From Tubulanus polymorphus (Eukaryota; Animalia; Nemertea), in NCBI RefSeq assembly GCF_964204645.1, contig NC_134026.1, positions 8,889,950-8,953,949 of the forward strand: a DNA stretch of 64,000 bases. Reading direction: 5' to 3'. Below the pieces are notes generated by a model that saw only the letters and a list, made by a program, of their open reading frames with translations, made no database searches and was not told the origin of the DNA. Below, one piece after another: positions 50,801 to 64,000 of this stretch. The position numbers and the translations under genes are program-made. Every line of letters starts with the position of its first letter. Position 1 is the first letter of the stretch.

Positions 50801-53800
50801 AATGTATGGCTGGTCTACATGACTAGCTTTCAGGCAAAGGCATTGCAAAAATGCTCCCTTATGAGCCCTCATTTTACTGGAAAGTACTTCTTTCTGAGTC
50901 TAAAAGTCCCTCCTTTTGGGTCTAAAATTGCCGAAAAGGTCTTTCTTAGTACTTCTTTTTACCCGAGCCTTACCACTGGAAACCCTGTATGAAGGATATT
51001 TGTATGCTGTTCTTTGTACAAGGTTACCATAAAATGAAATAGATGAAATTTAAGCAACGTTTAACGAGTAACTGGATGTAACATTGCTTGTTGAATAATT
51101 GATAATGCGTACGCCCAAGGGGTCGGTCTGGTGCAGAAAACCCTTCGACTTTCTTGAATCCTGTATGTATGTATCCGTCGCAGTGCATCATGTAAAATGT
51201 TATGGCTTTTAATTCTGCACATATTTCAAATTATTCACCGGTTCGGAATACCGATACCTAATAATTAACCTTATTAGTTAAACGTAGCAAATTTTTCACG
51301 TTCTGCTGCGATGTGTACCGGTAGATATTTTTATCAGAATGCAATATTAGAGTCACGTTACATTAAACATTTCGGATCAGACTCGAGTACTTTTTACACG
51401 TTGATTGCCGTCGAGAATTATCATACATAACATCGTGTTCAGTCGGTTTATGAGTACTCGCGCTCATGATGACTTCGACATTACTTCGACCAAATTACGA
51501 AAATATCACCGCTATAATCTCCGCAGAAGTCACGCCTGATCCAGCGGAATGCAACCCACCGGTCAGATGGCAATATACCTTCAGCGTCTATATGTACGTA
51601 TTGGCGTATTTACCGGCGTCGTTGATGGGAAACGTTCTCAATTCAGCTACGATAACAGTTTTTCGTCGTATCGATAGCGACGCGTATCTGACAGTCATAA
51701 TTCTCGCGTGGTTCGATTTGCTTTTTCTGATCGCGGTGTTTCTACTTTATCCACTGCGAACAATCGTTATCTACGCATCGCTCTACGAACGCATACACAG
51801 GTACGATGACTGGTATTTTGGACACGAAATAATTATTTGGGCGATGCTTTTTTTCTTCGTTTTTCAAATGGCCAGGAATTGGTCCGTTGTCATATTAACT
51901 TTAGAATGATTAATTGTTGTCGCTAGCCCGCTGTATTTCAGACAGTTTTGGGCCAAAACTCAAATCGCTTATCTTGCAGTTTTGAATTTCGTTGTATCCG
52001 TATTCTTAAACTGGCCTTACTTCTTTCCCCTGTATCTTCCTGCTAGAGCTTCTTGGCATTGTTTTCGAGAGATCTCGCTGTACACTTTGGGAACATTTGG
52101 AGCTACGCTTATCCGACCTCCTTTCAATTACAATTTCGGCATTGCATACGCATTTACATACCACACTTCTATGTTCATGTGCACTATTTCCCCATTCGTT
52201 ATATTGGTTGTGATAAACATCGCGCTGATGATAATAATCGTACGAAATCGTTACAAACTGCGAAAGGAATTAGCCCCATCTGTAGTCAGAATATCGTATA
52301 CAGATTCGAAAGAGCAGAAGATTTTGAAGATGGTTCTTTTGATAGTTTTGATGTTTATGATATTTGAAATTCCTGCTTCAATTGACCGTCTTATAACTTA
52401 TCACGAAACACGGTTTAGATCGAAGTTCAGCTTTTCACAGGATTCGTTGATGTTGATGAGAAAGATTGGAATTCTACTGAGCATTTTAGATTCGTCTCTA
52501 AATTTTGTAAAAAGTGTACTGTTCAACTAATATGCTTTTCAAAAAAACCGCTAAAGTATTTTTTCTCATTCACTATTTTACTCATTGAATACGCGCTTGG
52601 TTTATGAGATGGATTGTAATCGTGTAAACCCTGCTAGGTCTATTACTGATCGCTGGGTTTAGTTTCGGATCCTTCGGAAAACAACTGCAGGGTCCATTTG
52701 TCAAAAGATTATTTCTTTTTCGAATACAAATAATTAGATCCCATTTGATCATTATGACGCTTAAATTTCCAAATCCAATGAAAATTAAATTTTTGAGGTT
52801 TGTATCAGTAGTAGCAGCTGCCCTATGGCGGGCCAAAACCACCAAAACATAACAAAAAGGTTGAACGATGTCTGAAAGATATAAAACGATAAAAAAAAGA
52901 TATGAAACGATGATACTTAACGTATAGAACAATGGTATTAGTTATGAATCGATGATAGAACATGCATTGATGAAGAAAACTTTATTTAACGATATCATTT
53001 GATGATGTTAGTCTAAAAACGATGATCAAAGATAGACTGGTTCCCTTCGAACGTCTAAAACAGCGCGACCTTGAGAGAGTAGTTGAAAATAATCGGTTTT
53101 CATAACCGCACTCTGTGGGAACCAGTCTATCTTTCATTATCATTGGTCGGGCGACTGTCATTAGTGCTGCACCGTTTTAGACGTAGACTGGTTGCCTGTC
53201 CAATTCTGCGCTTGATTTTCGAACTATTTCCAGAATATAGTTCCAACTAACGGACATTCGGTTTCGTTTAGTTCGACTATAGTCGACTAACTCAGAAAAC
53301 CGAAGGCGGCCCAGAATAGCTGCCTAACTACCAGTCTATTTTAGACATTTGAAAGGGAACCCATTGTTTTTAGACTAACATCATCAAATGATATCGTTAA
53401 ATAAAGTTTTCTTCATCAATGCATGTTCTATTATCGATTCATAACTAATACCATCGTTTTATACGTTTTAGTATCATCATTTCCTATCTTTTTATTATCG
53501 CTTTATATCTTTCAGACATCGTTCAACCTTTTGTTACATTTTGGTGGTTTTGGCCCACCATACTGCCCAACGAAACAACGATTTCAAATATTCTTTATCG
53601 AATGTATTCGATTATGATTGATATGAAAACTGGACTTCACTTGCAATTCTGCACAGCACTAAACAATTCAACATGAATCACACAATAAACGTATGATGTC
53701 GGATTTTCATCAGTTCATTAAAGCAAAACTTAAACACGCGCTTGCATAGAAAATGTTAAACTTGCACTGATATCAACTGGGAAATCTGGGTCCACCGAAG

Positions 53801-56800
53801 TGGCATGATGGTGTCAATTGAGATGAAGCATCGTAATTTTCAATGCACCTTCGAACTTAGAACAAATTGGTTGCTACCGGTTAGAAAATTTACTCAAAAG
53901 AAGTTACCAACTAAACAATATATTGACCGTAGGAATAGCCAGAAAACCCATTATCGCTGCCTTGCAGCTGTATTTATTTTTATTACTAATAGTTATATCT
54001 TATCACATGGGAGTTATCTTATGTCAAAGCTTTCAGAAAACTTTTTTGTTTATACAGAATGTGTTACAACAGATGAAAGACGTTGAAGTCGCCCCGAACT
54101 TGAACACGTTCAATGCCGTTTTCGCCAGTTTAACGAGGATGTCTCGATGGAAACGTAGTAATTCACTAACATTGCAAACACTGAATGAGATGAACGCTTG
54201 TGGCATAGGTGAGATATAAAAATCCAAAACACGCAATGTGTAAGCGCTCGTTAATGGATTCATTTCAACTTGTTACTGAGAGAACGCATCCGAGAAGTTT
54301 ATTAAGGCCTGAATCCCTAGCATAGAAAATCCAACATCAGGTCTATCAGATATGTTAGTTAGTAAGGCGTGTTGCTTAGATAAGCTTATTGTGAAATTTC
54401 CTATGTTTGCTGTTGATAGTTATATTGGTTTTAAGGAATCATTCAGTAGCGGGGGGATGTCGGTACCTAAAACGTTTGACATGATAATCAATCGATGTGT
54501 CAGTTGACACAAACTTTATCGAACGGCGGCTAGCAGTTAACAGTTTTGGCTGGCTCTAACCACTCTTCGAGCAATCATCTCAACGTTGAGATGATTGCTC
54601 ATAAATGTATGAAACGAGCAGTTAGAGGCTCAGGCGGCAATGTTGGCTGCCTTTTGATAATTTCTGGTGTGCATTTTATATAGATTAACTTAATCCTGGG
54701 GATGGAATTGGTAATTACTGATCACGATAAATAATGTAGAGAACTTTCGAGGTTCAAGTGTACAGAATAGGACTGTAAAAAATGGCTAAAAATTTACGTC
54801 TTATAATTTCAGAACCGAGTCTAGGGACGTGGTCGTGTATTTTGCAAGTTTTTTACAGCAACGAAAGTAAGTCTTTTATACAAACTGCAGTCAAGTATGG
54901 ATGATAATATATCAGTGTCTGTCTAATACAGCATTTATGTTTCGATTGTCTGGTTAAATGATGATAGTACTACAGCATATCGGTGTGCCTAATCTATTTC
55001 ATGAATTCATGTGCATGGGGATTTTGACCTTTAACTGATGATTTGCAGTACCACTTCCCTGCATTCTCTATTAGATTTAGTGTCACAACATGGCAATTTT
55101 TAGGCCAGCTGTAGGCTGAGCCTATTACTATACAAATGGAGCGAATTTAAATGACATGGTTTCCACACAAAAGGCTCTTTTGCTTGCCAAGTGAGGGCAT
55201 ATTCGAACAAATCACGTATTTAAGCGTAATCCATTCTCGGAATCGTAGCGAGCAGAATTTTGAAATAGGTTCTCATAAAAATGTTTTCTGCATTTTTCAC
55301 AAAAGTTAAATCGGGAAAATTTCAATTTTTATCAGCCAATCAGGAAGTTGTGTCTTCCCTGTGATTGGTTTATCTGAAAATATCAGCAGCTGTTCACGTG
55401 AATTATCGCGATTTCATTACTGGCGCTTTTTCGCATGACTTCATGTATCAACACGCGACAATACTTCCGCATTCGCTACGTGTTCGCTGATTGGCCCATT
55501 TACTGGGAAATTCCACAGAAGCCTAATGTGGTTTGTTACAAGCGCTGTGATTGGCCCGACCCGATTCTGGCACGGCTTTAGCTTAGTGGGTTCGAATCCC
55601 TTGACGGGTGAAGATGATGGATCCTATCAATATCTATTGAAACTAATAAGTTTCCCGGTTGGGCAGCCGCGGATATCTACTGGAAGTATTCCGGTTCGAT
55701 ATTTCGAGGTTTCTTTGAATTTTGGAGTGATATTGAAATCCGGTAAATACCAGCGGTAGATTGTGAAAACCCATTGCATGATATTTGTATTACTTAATCA
55801 ACGAAAAGCGTCGGGGGCCGCGCCAGGAGTTTTCGTGATTCAAGTAGCGCAATAGCCTACTTCTTCGTGTTCGTCCACCTCAATTTTCACTCCGCCGATC
55901 GCTGACACGGCTCTGTCCCCGTCGGCGCTGTGATTGCACTTTCGTACCAACAAAATTTTTTATTTCTATATCAGGGAGGTCTGGAGAATAAAAAAGTCAA
56001 AATTTGGATATCACATAGGCCTGATTTCATCGAATAAGTCGACCATGGTCGTTACGTTTCCGTACTTATTACCACCTAAAACCTATTTCGTTTACAGAAA
56101 TCAGGTGTTCACGTGAACCCGCGGTATCGTCTACTGTTTTACTTCCGGGTTTTATTTTAAGATTTAAAATTGTATTTCAAGATCGATTTCTATGAAATCT
56201 TTAGTTGATTTGGTGTTTGGGAGGAATTTTTATTTGCTCTACAGAAAATTCATCCTTGACAATTGCGCAAGGTTCGCGAAAAAAAAGGTTTTACCAAATC
56301 GGGTGTATGACCTTGATATGCTAATTAGCCATGTGCCCGAATTGCAAATTCAATCAAATTTTATTCTGCCAAAAAAATGTTAAATACAATTCGCTTTCCG
56401 AGAGTTAATGGTATGCTGCATGGAACAAAGTTGTTTTGAGATGGGTCTTGAAGCTATTTAGGTCGAGAGATAACCATCTAGATAGTTCTTGAGAGTTCCA
56501 AAGTTTTGAAGACGCTTCAAGGTAATGTCTTGATATTTGGTTTATACGTGTATCTACCCTAGACACATCTTCAGGCCAAAAACTGGCCCTGTCAGATTCA
56601 AGATGGCCGACTGGCAGCCATTGTTGTTCGCCAAAATCAGCACTTTTTACACATTTTTGAAGTTTTCGAGGGAAATTTTGAAGACACTTTTATCAATAAC
56701 CTTGATCATTCGTATATATTTGTATCCCCCGAGGGCCCATCGGCATGAGAAAAATTGGGTCGATCGGACTCAAGATGGCCGTACTGTAACCTTTTTTGTT

Positions 56801-59800
56801 CCCAAAAATGTCAATTTTGGCCTGAATTCTGAGTACTGTAGCTTTCTAATGGTGTGCCATGTTTCATTGCAATTTGTAATGGGTATTCTTTGGAAAGGGA
56901 TCTTTTATATCCGAGAGGGTATTTTTGACCATGCAATTATGACGCACTTGGCGGCCATCTTGGGGTCATCGGTACTCATTCGTAGTTGGAAAAAAAGTTT
57001 TTCCACATCATAATTGATACTTAAGCATATTTTGCTACTATAATCAATTGGAAAGTTGTAGCTCATGACATGGTCTATGATCTTGGTGAGTTTCAAGCTC
57101 ATTGGTTTTTGTATATGGCCACCAGGGGCGTTGAACAATACAATAACTTGGTATTTCTATATTACATTCGTTCCTGCTGTCTGTGTTAACACACAATTTT
57201 ACTATGTAAATGATATCGAGCAGGGAGTGTATATTGATAAATATAACCCACAGATTACATCATTTATAAAAAGCAAATCTGACAGGCTGGCCATTGTGCC
57301 CCTTGGGGCTCTTGTTCATATTTTCAACTTAGGATTTTTCATGGGTAACTGATCCATGCAGACTTGAAACTAATACAATGTGTGAAACACTTTCTGGTCT
57401 GTGTAAAAAAGGCAGTTTAGGTCAAAACGGTTAAGGGTTATTGGATGTCACTGTTATTAATTTTTGTGGACGAATAATATATCATGTGTATCATATTTTG
57501 CCTATCCCAAGTGTCGAAGGCTCTTAAACGAGTATAGGCCTACACAAAATTGATTTCTTTCTGTCTCATTGGTTATAGATTACCAAAATACGATGTTGTA
57601 CGAAATCTTGGACCAAGTGGAGGGTAAAGAATTTCAGGTGCAGCATCCAATAGATGGTAAGTGATACCATGATCCAAAAGCTTTCAGAAAAAGTACATGC
57701 GTTTGCTAGACTAATGCACAAGTACTGTTCAGTATTAAAGACAATTTACTAAACGTTGCAAGAAAAATTAGAAATACTGAAATATACCCGGTATGTTTGT
57801 TCTAGGGGGCACTAGGGCCCTTGTTTTCGATATCTGTCTTCCTCTCAATCAATGACTAACAAATTCATCCCTAGCTGTTGGTTGAAATTTCAGGAGAAAA
57901 CTCTTTTAAATTTGTTTGTGGAAAACTTATCTTTTCCATTAAAGATTATAGAAATATACATTGATGTTAAGTATATGTTCCATAATCAGAGAAGTTGAAA
58001 ACTTAAGATATTGTGACGTGATTAAATCTATCATTAAAAATACCAATTTTCGGTTTGCACGAATATATTGCACATTGATGTATTTACTATTTTCAGTTGA
58101 GTTCTTTAGAATGGCTATGTTGAAGGTAAAAAGCTTTTCCACGTTCTATTGAACTTTCTTTTCTGAAATTATCCGTTCACATAAAAGCTCATTTAAGAAA
58201 TCGTGGTCGTTTTTACTTTTTTCGTTTCAGTGCCTGATTAATCTAAAGGACATCGATTTAGCCAATCGAATTGATCGACTGCTAAATACTGGAAATCATA
58301 AAGCATTGATGGGAGATAGCTACAAAGAAACGACTTACTAGTAAGTATCCGGTGCCTTAGTTTTATACTACAAAAGCTTAACAAGTCTCCATATGCTACT
58401 GATTACTGTGTGTGGCAGGAGTAATTTTTTGATGAATTATAACTACTAATACCAATGACAATGTGATATGAGGCAAATTTGATACCTTGATATGGTTGTA
58501 TGCTCTGGTACTTCAGTCCATGTGGCTCAATAGGAGAGGTGTTCAGTTTTGGCTCAGATCTGAATGTTGCAAGAATGAATATCAATATATGTCGTCATGT
58601 CGGATTTAATGCCACTGTACCCAATAACATAATATACTGTGAGAAAACCTGTTCAGCTCTTTCTCTAATGAGGGACTGTGCGGGGTTTTGGCAACAGCTA
58701 GGAATAGCTATCACGGAAACTTTGTATTTGGTTCGATAATACATGTACCGGCAGTTTAAACTCAAATGAGTTAATTTATGCAACCAGTTACCTGTAAATT
58801 CATATTTTATTGGTGTTCATTTTGCAGTAATTCCTATTTCCGTTTGATGTGTGAATTCGGTATGATTGAAGATATTATGGAGTTGTATGAACGTTATGTA
58901 CCAAATGTAAGTTGAATATATTTTGTAGGTTTTTGTGTTTTGCCCCATACACTAGGGACCGACTAGGCAATTTTGTATCTAGAATCTTTGTATTTCTGTG
59001 TGTACTTTGTATGCCCACCATCATAAATACCTTTCAAATGACAAAATAGCTCTCAATGGTGTAATAACTTACTCCTTAGGTTTGGACACCTGGCTTTCAT
59101 ATCATGCTCGACGTAATAAAGGCATTAGATCTTCAAGATGGCTTCATGCATCTGCCAAAAATCTGGTCAGGTATATTTGATTAATTCTTCTTTTTGTATG
59201 TTTGTAAACCTTCATATACTGGTAGGTGAAGAAGCGATTTTCAATGATTAAGAGTGAGCTCATTTACGAATATTATCAAAATCCCAGTCTACACTATGGA
59301 GAAATTTGTGTCCACAAAGCTGTGCCAACTGAAAGTTCCATATCAAAATGTACTTGCTTAACCAGAAAATGACCTGGGACCAGTTGCTCAAAAATTGGCT
59401 TAAGATAACCGATGGTTAAATACCATAGCAACAATGAAATTTTAATTGTCACTATGTCAACTATCCACTCGTTAACTGTAAACAACTTTAGAGCAACTGA
59501 CCCCTGCTATACTAGAAAACAGCTTACCCGGTAAACGCATAAGCTGGTGAATAAACTGTACTGTATAGCGTTTTGAAGTCTCGCAACATCGATTTTTAAG
59601 ATTTGGTACTGTTTGAATACACAAGAAGGGAAGATCTAGTTACACCAGCATTACATCTGATGACGAAATTAAAAGATGACGAACAGGTGCTTTATCTTGC
59701 TATTGATATCAAACGTCTTTCTCGGTCTGTGCAACTTTTTCATACAATTTTCTAATGGATACTAAAACTGTTAAATCCTGAATAAGATTTTGCTACCTAT

Positions 59801-61784
59801 TATTCATGGATGGATAATTATCTTGTCGATATGCCAAAAATAGTATTTGTGTATGATCTATATATTGTGCTAGGACGGAACGGGAGACACTGGTTATCAT
59901 AGTGTTTCTATTTTCCAGCTTCAAGAATTGTTTCACACCATATGTAAGCAAACATTAGAGCAAATAAAAGAAGTTGATGCTGACCCCATTGCGTACAGGA
60001 TGAGTGGCAATAAGTCAGTGATGTAAGTTAGATCCTGTGTAGAAACTTCAATTCAATTTCAATTTGACAGTTCTAGATAATATCTAATTTTCAATTATCT
60101 AACTCCTAAGCGTCATGAATCTTGAGTCCAGATTATAGAGTTACATGTTATCTTATGTCAAATGTTAAAGATCTTCTTGTTCGCCTTCATTTCTTCACAG
60201 TTTGTCCGGACCTATCATCAGCCATTTTATTGATATCTCATTGAATTCAAACGACTTGGAGATTGCATGGTATGTAAGGCTAGACGGGCAAATAGTTGAT
60301 TCATCCAATTACACATGCTCCTCACTGCTTATACAATGTAGAAAAGATACAGTCTTTATGTATCTTTTGATTGTAGGTTTTATAGTTATTAGCATTCACC
60401 TGGTATGTGTGTGTTTCATGTTTTGCAGGGAATTCTATGAAACTTTCATCAGAAAACAGGGGGAACTTACCGGTTTACCTAGGTAATGATTGTTTAACTA
60501 AACTTTGATGTTTTTTCCGCCCCTGATCTTTCTTTGCGTATGCTCAAATTTGTGCGTCCTTTTTTCCAGTGAAAATACCTTATTCAGATTAACGGAGAAA
60601 TTCATGAAAAATCAGGATTCCGTCAAAGTTATGGTGAGTGTTTTATAAGATATTGCTTAAGCATATTTTTTTGAAGTTTTGAAGCATATCAGAAAACCAG
60701 AAAATCTAGTCATTACAGTCAACTCTGCTTGCCTTGGAGCGAATTGATCCAATTCATGTGTGACAAATTTTATCGGTCCCAGGAGATCCAAAGCAAGCAG
60801 AATTTACTGTATAACCAATAGTTTGGGTAATAATTTCAGTAAATTGACCATGGAGACTACAGTAGTTTCCTGTAATAACAAACCAGAAAATCTGTTCACC
60901 TTAATCAAAACAGTGAACTCGGAAACAATGATCCGTGATTCATCGGATATGCCGAGAAAGATAATTTTATTAATTTCATACTGGATATAACAAACCATTG
61001 GTTATTTTCTAGTCCCGTGAAGTTCGCTGTAATGAGATTCCATTGTAATTTGTTGAAGTATACCATAGCATAGAGCTAATCTAATTTTCTCATTTCGAGA
61101 TTTTCCTTTGTTGTCTTGCGATAAATATTTATATTAGCATTTTCGTTGTAACTAGTTCAACTGCCTAAAATCTCCAAGCTCGGCAATTTGCATATCGTTC
61201 AAGTTTGTGGCAACTCCTTTTGTAGAAATTGATTAGCACAATGGCTGATTTAGCGTTACCAATGACAAAGGATCTCGCAAAGAAATGCCTTGAAGAGATG
61301 GAATTATCCGATATAGACAGGTGAGAAATATTTTGTCCAAGCCCTTTGATTATTGCGTCAAAAATATTTCCATAATCCTGCCTACGCTGGAAACAGATGT
61401 CATATTTATTTCAGTTTGTAACTAGTCTTTCAGTAAAGTATCAACAATATATGCACATGTACTACATTATTGTATGCGAGTAGTACCAGTCACCAATATC
61501 CAGTTCAACAATTTGACTAGTTTTGTTTCCAACACCTTAAAGTTCAAATTCTAATTGAAAATGTCGAACTGGGTCCTGTATCACAACAATTCGCTTTCCA
61601 AATCTGCCAAAAATCTAAATTTGAAGAATGGTGGTAAAGTCTGGTCCAGGGCTCGGGTCTTGGGTTCAGGCAGCAGATTCATGCAGATTAAGAAGGTACA
61701 TGTAGTTACAAAATAGCATGTCTTAGTATTAACATTTGTTAATTCTCTTATTTTTTCAGAAGTCATATGTCTGTTCTAGTTTAA
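44844..61784 (+). CDS. PTCD3: Pentatricopeptide repeat domain protein 3 / mitochondrial ribosomal protein mS39, ~20+ small exons
   Basis: MAASMKF... mitochondrial-type N-terminus, EEIVIPKKK (~45310), ILEALSHTV, DPLAPHFKYVDDPYLIP (45584-45651), YALSKASGKKAAKWI (46142-46246). PPR exons MTPDVQTFNAILS (~49588-49730) and VAPNLNTFNAVFASL (~54058-54208). Last exon 61760-61784. Some small exon boundaries are approximate. Confidence 0.88.
46811..47037 (+). mobile_element. tRNA-derived SINE
   Basis: TAGCTCAGTTGGTTGAG (A box), GTGCGAAACC (degenerate B box), 3' GGGACGTAAAAC followed by a (TTC)n tail. Confidence 0.65.
47053..47320. mobile_element. hAT-like MITE inserted in the SINE tail
   Basis: CAGGGCCGTCGGAA ... 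TTCTGACGGCTCTG, flanked by (C/T)TCTTCTT. Confidence 0.7.
47816..47888. repeat. Near-perfect ~72-bp palindrome at the centre of a larger foldback (arms ~47631-47652 / ~47940-47961)
   Basis: ATTTGCGACAAG.ATCAGAGAGAGAGACTTGATACAT-G-ATGTATCAAGTCTCTCTCTGAT.CTTGTCGCAAAT. Confidence 0.85.
50185..50716 (+). mobile_element. Partial copy of the HINE family at 14871
   Basis: GGAAATTTTGAAGATGCTTTGATCAAT...CAAGATGGC...GGCGGCCATCTT...GCCACCAGGGGG, homologous to 15145-15700. Confidence 0.8.
51466..52560 (+). pseudogene. GPCR pseudogene (paralog of the 11283 GPCR) nested in a PTCD3 intron
   Basis: ORFs 51466-51909 and 51982-52530 are one frame broken by TGA at the E-R codon (LE*L). A frameshift at ~52510 precedes VYCSTN. 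Shares FSVYMY, YPLRT, DDWY.G.E, RNW and DS.LNF with the 11283 GPCR. Confidence 0.88.
52824..53562. mobile_element. IS3EU-like MITE with ~200-bp TIRs and 6-bp TSD
   Basis: CTGCCC|TATGGCGGGCCAAAACC ... GGTTTTGGCCCACCATA|CTGCCC. Arms 52824-53025 and 53362-53562, with small TAGACTGG..CCAGTCTA inverted units nested inside. Confidence 0.88.
54569..54600. repeat. Perfect 32-bp palindrome
   Basis: GAGCAATCATCTCAAC|GTTGAGATGATTGCTC. Confidence 0.95.
56500..57317 (+). mobile_element. Copy of the HINE family (5' truncated, different 3' hairpin)
   Basis: Close match to 14978-15620, ending GCCCCTTGGGGCTCTTGTT (hairpin + CTTGTT). Confidence 0.82.
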
Positions 61785-62008
61785 GCCAACTGAATTATTA
61801 GGAAAAAGAAGTCATAATTAAATCATGTTCCAGTTTCTTCAAATAATGTATAGTGTGTTAGTAGTGCTTATCTTGCACACAGTGTTTTGTAAAATAATTT
61901 GTGTATGTGTAAATATAATAGTATTATATATCATGTGAAATTGAATATCTCTTATTTGAAAAACATAAAGGAATCATTGACGTTGGTTGGATAACATTTA
62001 CTCATTAA

Positions 62009-62285
62009 CCCTTTCAGTGCTGACTAATCAATACCCTTTATTGCTGGAGATTTTGAAAAATTCCAACCTAGTGTGTTGAATAACGGGAATACCACTATAG
62101 TGCGTCTACACCGCGGTTCAGTGTATTGTTAGTTACTAATATTTCACTATGTTTGACAGGTGCTACCATCTTTCAAAAGAGATAAAAACTAATTACTAAT
62201 TACATCAATACACCGTAGTGCGGTGTACTAGCAAAATCCATCACCGTTTCATACACTGCAGTGTGGTGTAGACGCACTGAAAGGG
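62009..62285. mobile_element. piggyBac-type MITE
   Basis: TTAA|CCCTTTCAGTGC ... GCACTGAAAGGG|TTAA. Confidence 0.85.
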
Positions 62286-63238
62286 TTAAGTGATTCGACT
62301 CTGGCCGAAAAGGTTCAAAATGCTGCTCCGGTAGAAAGGGTACATACCTCACACAGTCGAAAATAGTTTATGGTCATAAGCCGATCAATGATCTCATTCA
62401 TTTCTGATACGTGCTATGTTAACAAAGAAGTGCATATACAGTAGATTGCGCCAGAGTCAGATAACTGTTCAACTCGGATAACTGTTCAACTCGAATAACC
62501 GTTCAACTCGGATGCTTGTTGAAATATTTTTTGTGACACATTTAACAAATACATAACATCCAACTCAGATATGGCTCTCAAGTCAGACATTTTTACGGTC
62601 CCAAAAGATCCAACTTAAGCGGAGTCTACTAGTACTGTATATAGCAGGAAATCTGATTATACATCATTTTGTCTGCACACTCGTCTACTATGGAAGTGAT
62701 TTACTCTGGCTATGCTAGTATCAATCAGCTGCCCGAAACCCAGACATTCAATACTGTATCACCTGTGTTTAGGACTTTCACCAGACACCTAATTGAAAAC
62801 AAATTAGAAATTCCAGTTTTGTAAAGCGATCATCTTCAGTCACACTTCCCACTATGGCAATTGTCTAGGTACAGGCCTTTAGGCAGATAGATACCCCTTT
62901 AGAAGCAGGGTTTGTACAGTGGCGGAGTGTCAATCATATTTTGAATTTTTGTGAAGGAAAGATATCTATTGTACTCGCATTCTATAGATTGGAAAAGGAT
63001 CTCCTGAACCAACTATGAGGAAAGCTCTTCATAAACCATGCAGTAACGAACTGTGATGAGAGGAGAGTAAGAAACCAGAATCAAAGAACGCAGAGAAACT
63101 TGTTTGAGATAGAAAATATAAAACTTCATTTTAAAACTAATTTTAACAATTTAACATCTACCAGTATGCATGTCATGAGCGAATAATACTGCTAAGTTTT
63201 TTCAATGTTTTATGAATATGAATCAGGGTCTCAGATTA

Positions 63239-63435
63239 TTAACTATCCACTGAAGATGGTAGCATATAGTCCTGCTCCGAGAAGTTTGCCTCCAAAATGC
63301 TGCCGATCCAGTCCGGACCAATGCAATCCCTTATGAAATCCAATGTGATTTGATACAGTTCGGAATTCAAATTCTTCGGTTTACAGATTGTTAAATGATT
63401 CAATTTCATCCTGTAATATTCGCCAAACCCTGGAT
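63239..63435 (-). CDS. SERAC1: Last exon of SERAC1 (rest of gene beyond window end)
   Basis: TTTAG acceptor. DPGFGEYYRMKLNHLTICKPKNLNSELYQITLDFIRDC matches the remembered SERAC1 C-terminus (D.G.G....V.VNHLNICKP......LYQ.TL.FIR). Confidence 0.82.
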
Positions 63436-64000
63436 CTAAAATGGAAAGATAAATGTATGCAAGTTACTTGACCTCAAAACCAGACATGAAATCATAAAAT
63501 ACTAAGCAATGAACTATTTGGAAGCAAGAACTATGACCGATACAGTGGAACCTCATTACAACAAACTTCATCAATTTGTTATATCTGCTAGTTCATTACA
63601 TCCAGTTTATAAATTTTCTCATTTGGGACCTAGGTTTGTTATATCTGATAACAAAAATACATAAAGAGGATGTATTTTTGCTGATAAGTGTTAAACCAAA
63701 AATACATAAAGAGGATGTATTTTTGATTAAACTGATAAGTTATAACTAAACTGATTAACTAGTAACTGATATTATACCTGATAACTTCATTAAAGAGGGA
63801 GGTAAAATAAATAGGATAAAAAGATTTAAATAATCATTTAATTCTTGTTGGGCATGTCAGCCTTGTAATGAGGTTCACTGCAAAACAACAATTTTAATTC
63901 AATATAGTACCTAAGATGGGTCTATTTTCTGTAACTCGTCCTGGCATTGAAAAGTGATGCCGTCAATAGACAATTTATTTTGCGTAATGATTAGTTGAAA

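Noticed and set aside
51907-51909. Selenocysteine or programmed readthrough TGA in the GPCR
   Set aside because: It replaces a conserved Arg (CGA>TGA), not a Cys, and a second frameshift lesion lies downstream.
56537-57013. 158-aa ORF
   Set aside because: It lies wholly within a non-coding HINE repeat and is not open in the other copies.

Overview
This is an animal genomic window, probably from a marine invertebrate (lophotrochozoan-like). The background is AT-rich, with GT-AG introns and dense MITE/HINE repeats. Host genes are the 3' part of a FRAS1-like gene (+ strand, several frameshifts) with an inverted partial duplicate, POLD4 (+), PELO/pelota (-, 12 exons), an orphan ORF (-) head-to-head with PTCD3/mS39 (+), and the last exon of SERAC1 (-). 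There are three intronless rhodopsin-class GPCRs: one intergenic, one inside a PELO intron, and one pseudogene inside a PTCD3 intron. Mobile DNA includes a 5'-truncated LINE nested in a TIR element, an AT-rich zinc-finger fragment resembling Polinton/Maverick PolB, Helentron-type HINEs, tRNA-derived SINEs, and EnSpm-, piggyBac-, IS3EU-, hAT- and Harbinger-like MITEs. The most notable object is a complete miniature LTR retroelement (TRIM) at 31062-31817. It has TG..CA LTRs, a CATT TSD, a tRNA-Pro PBS and a PPT, and its ~140-bp LTRs are built around a tRNA-like Pol III cassette, analogous to the 5S-bearing Cassandra elements. All homology calls come from recognising motifs by eye; no database search was run.
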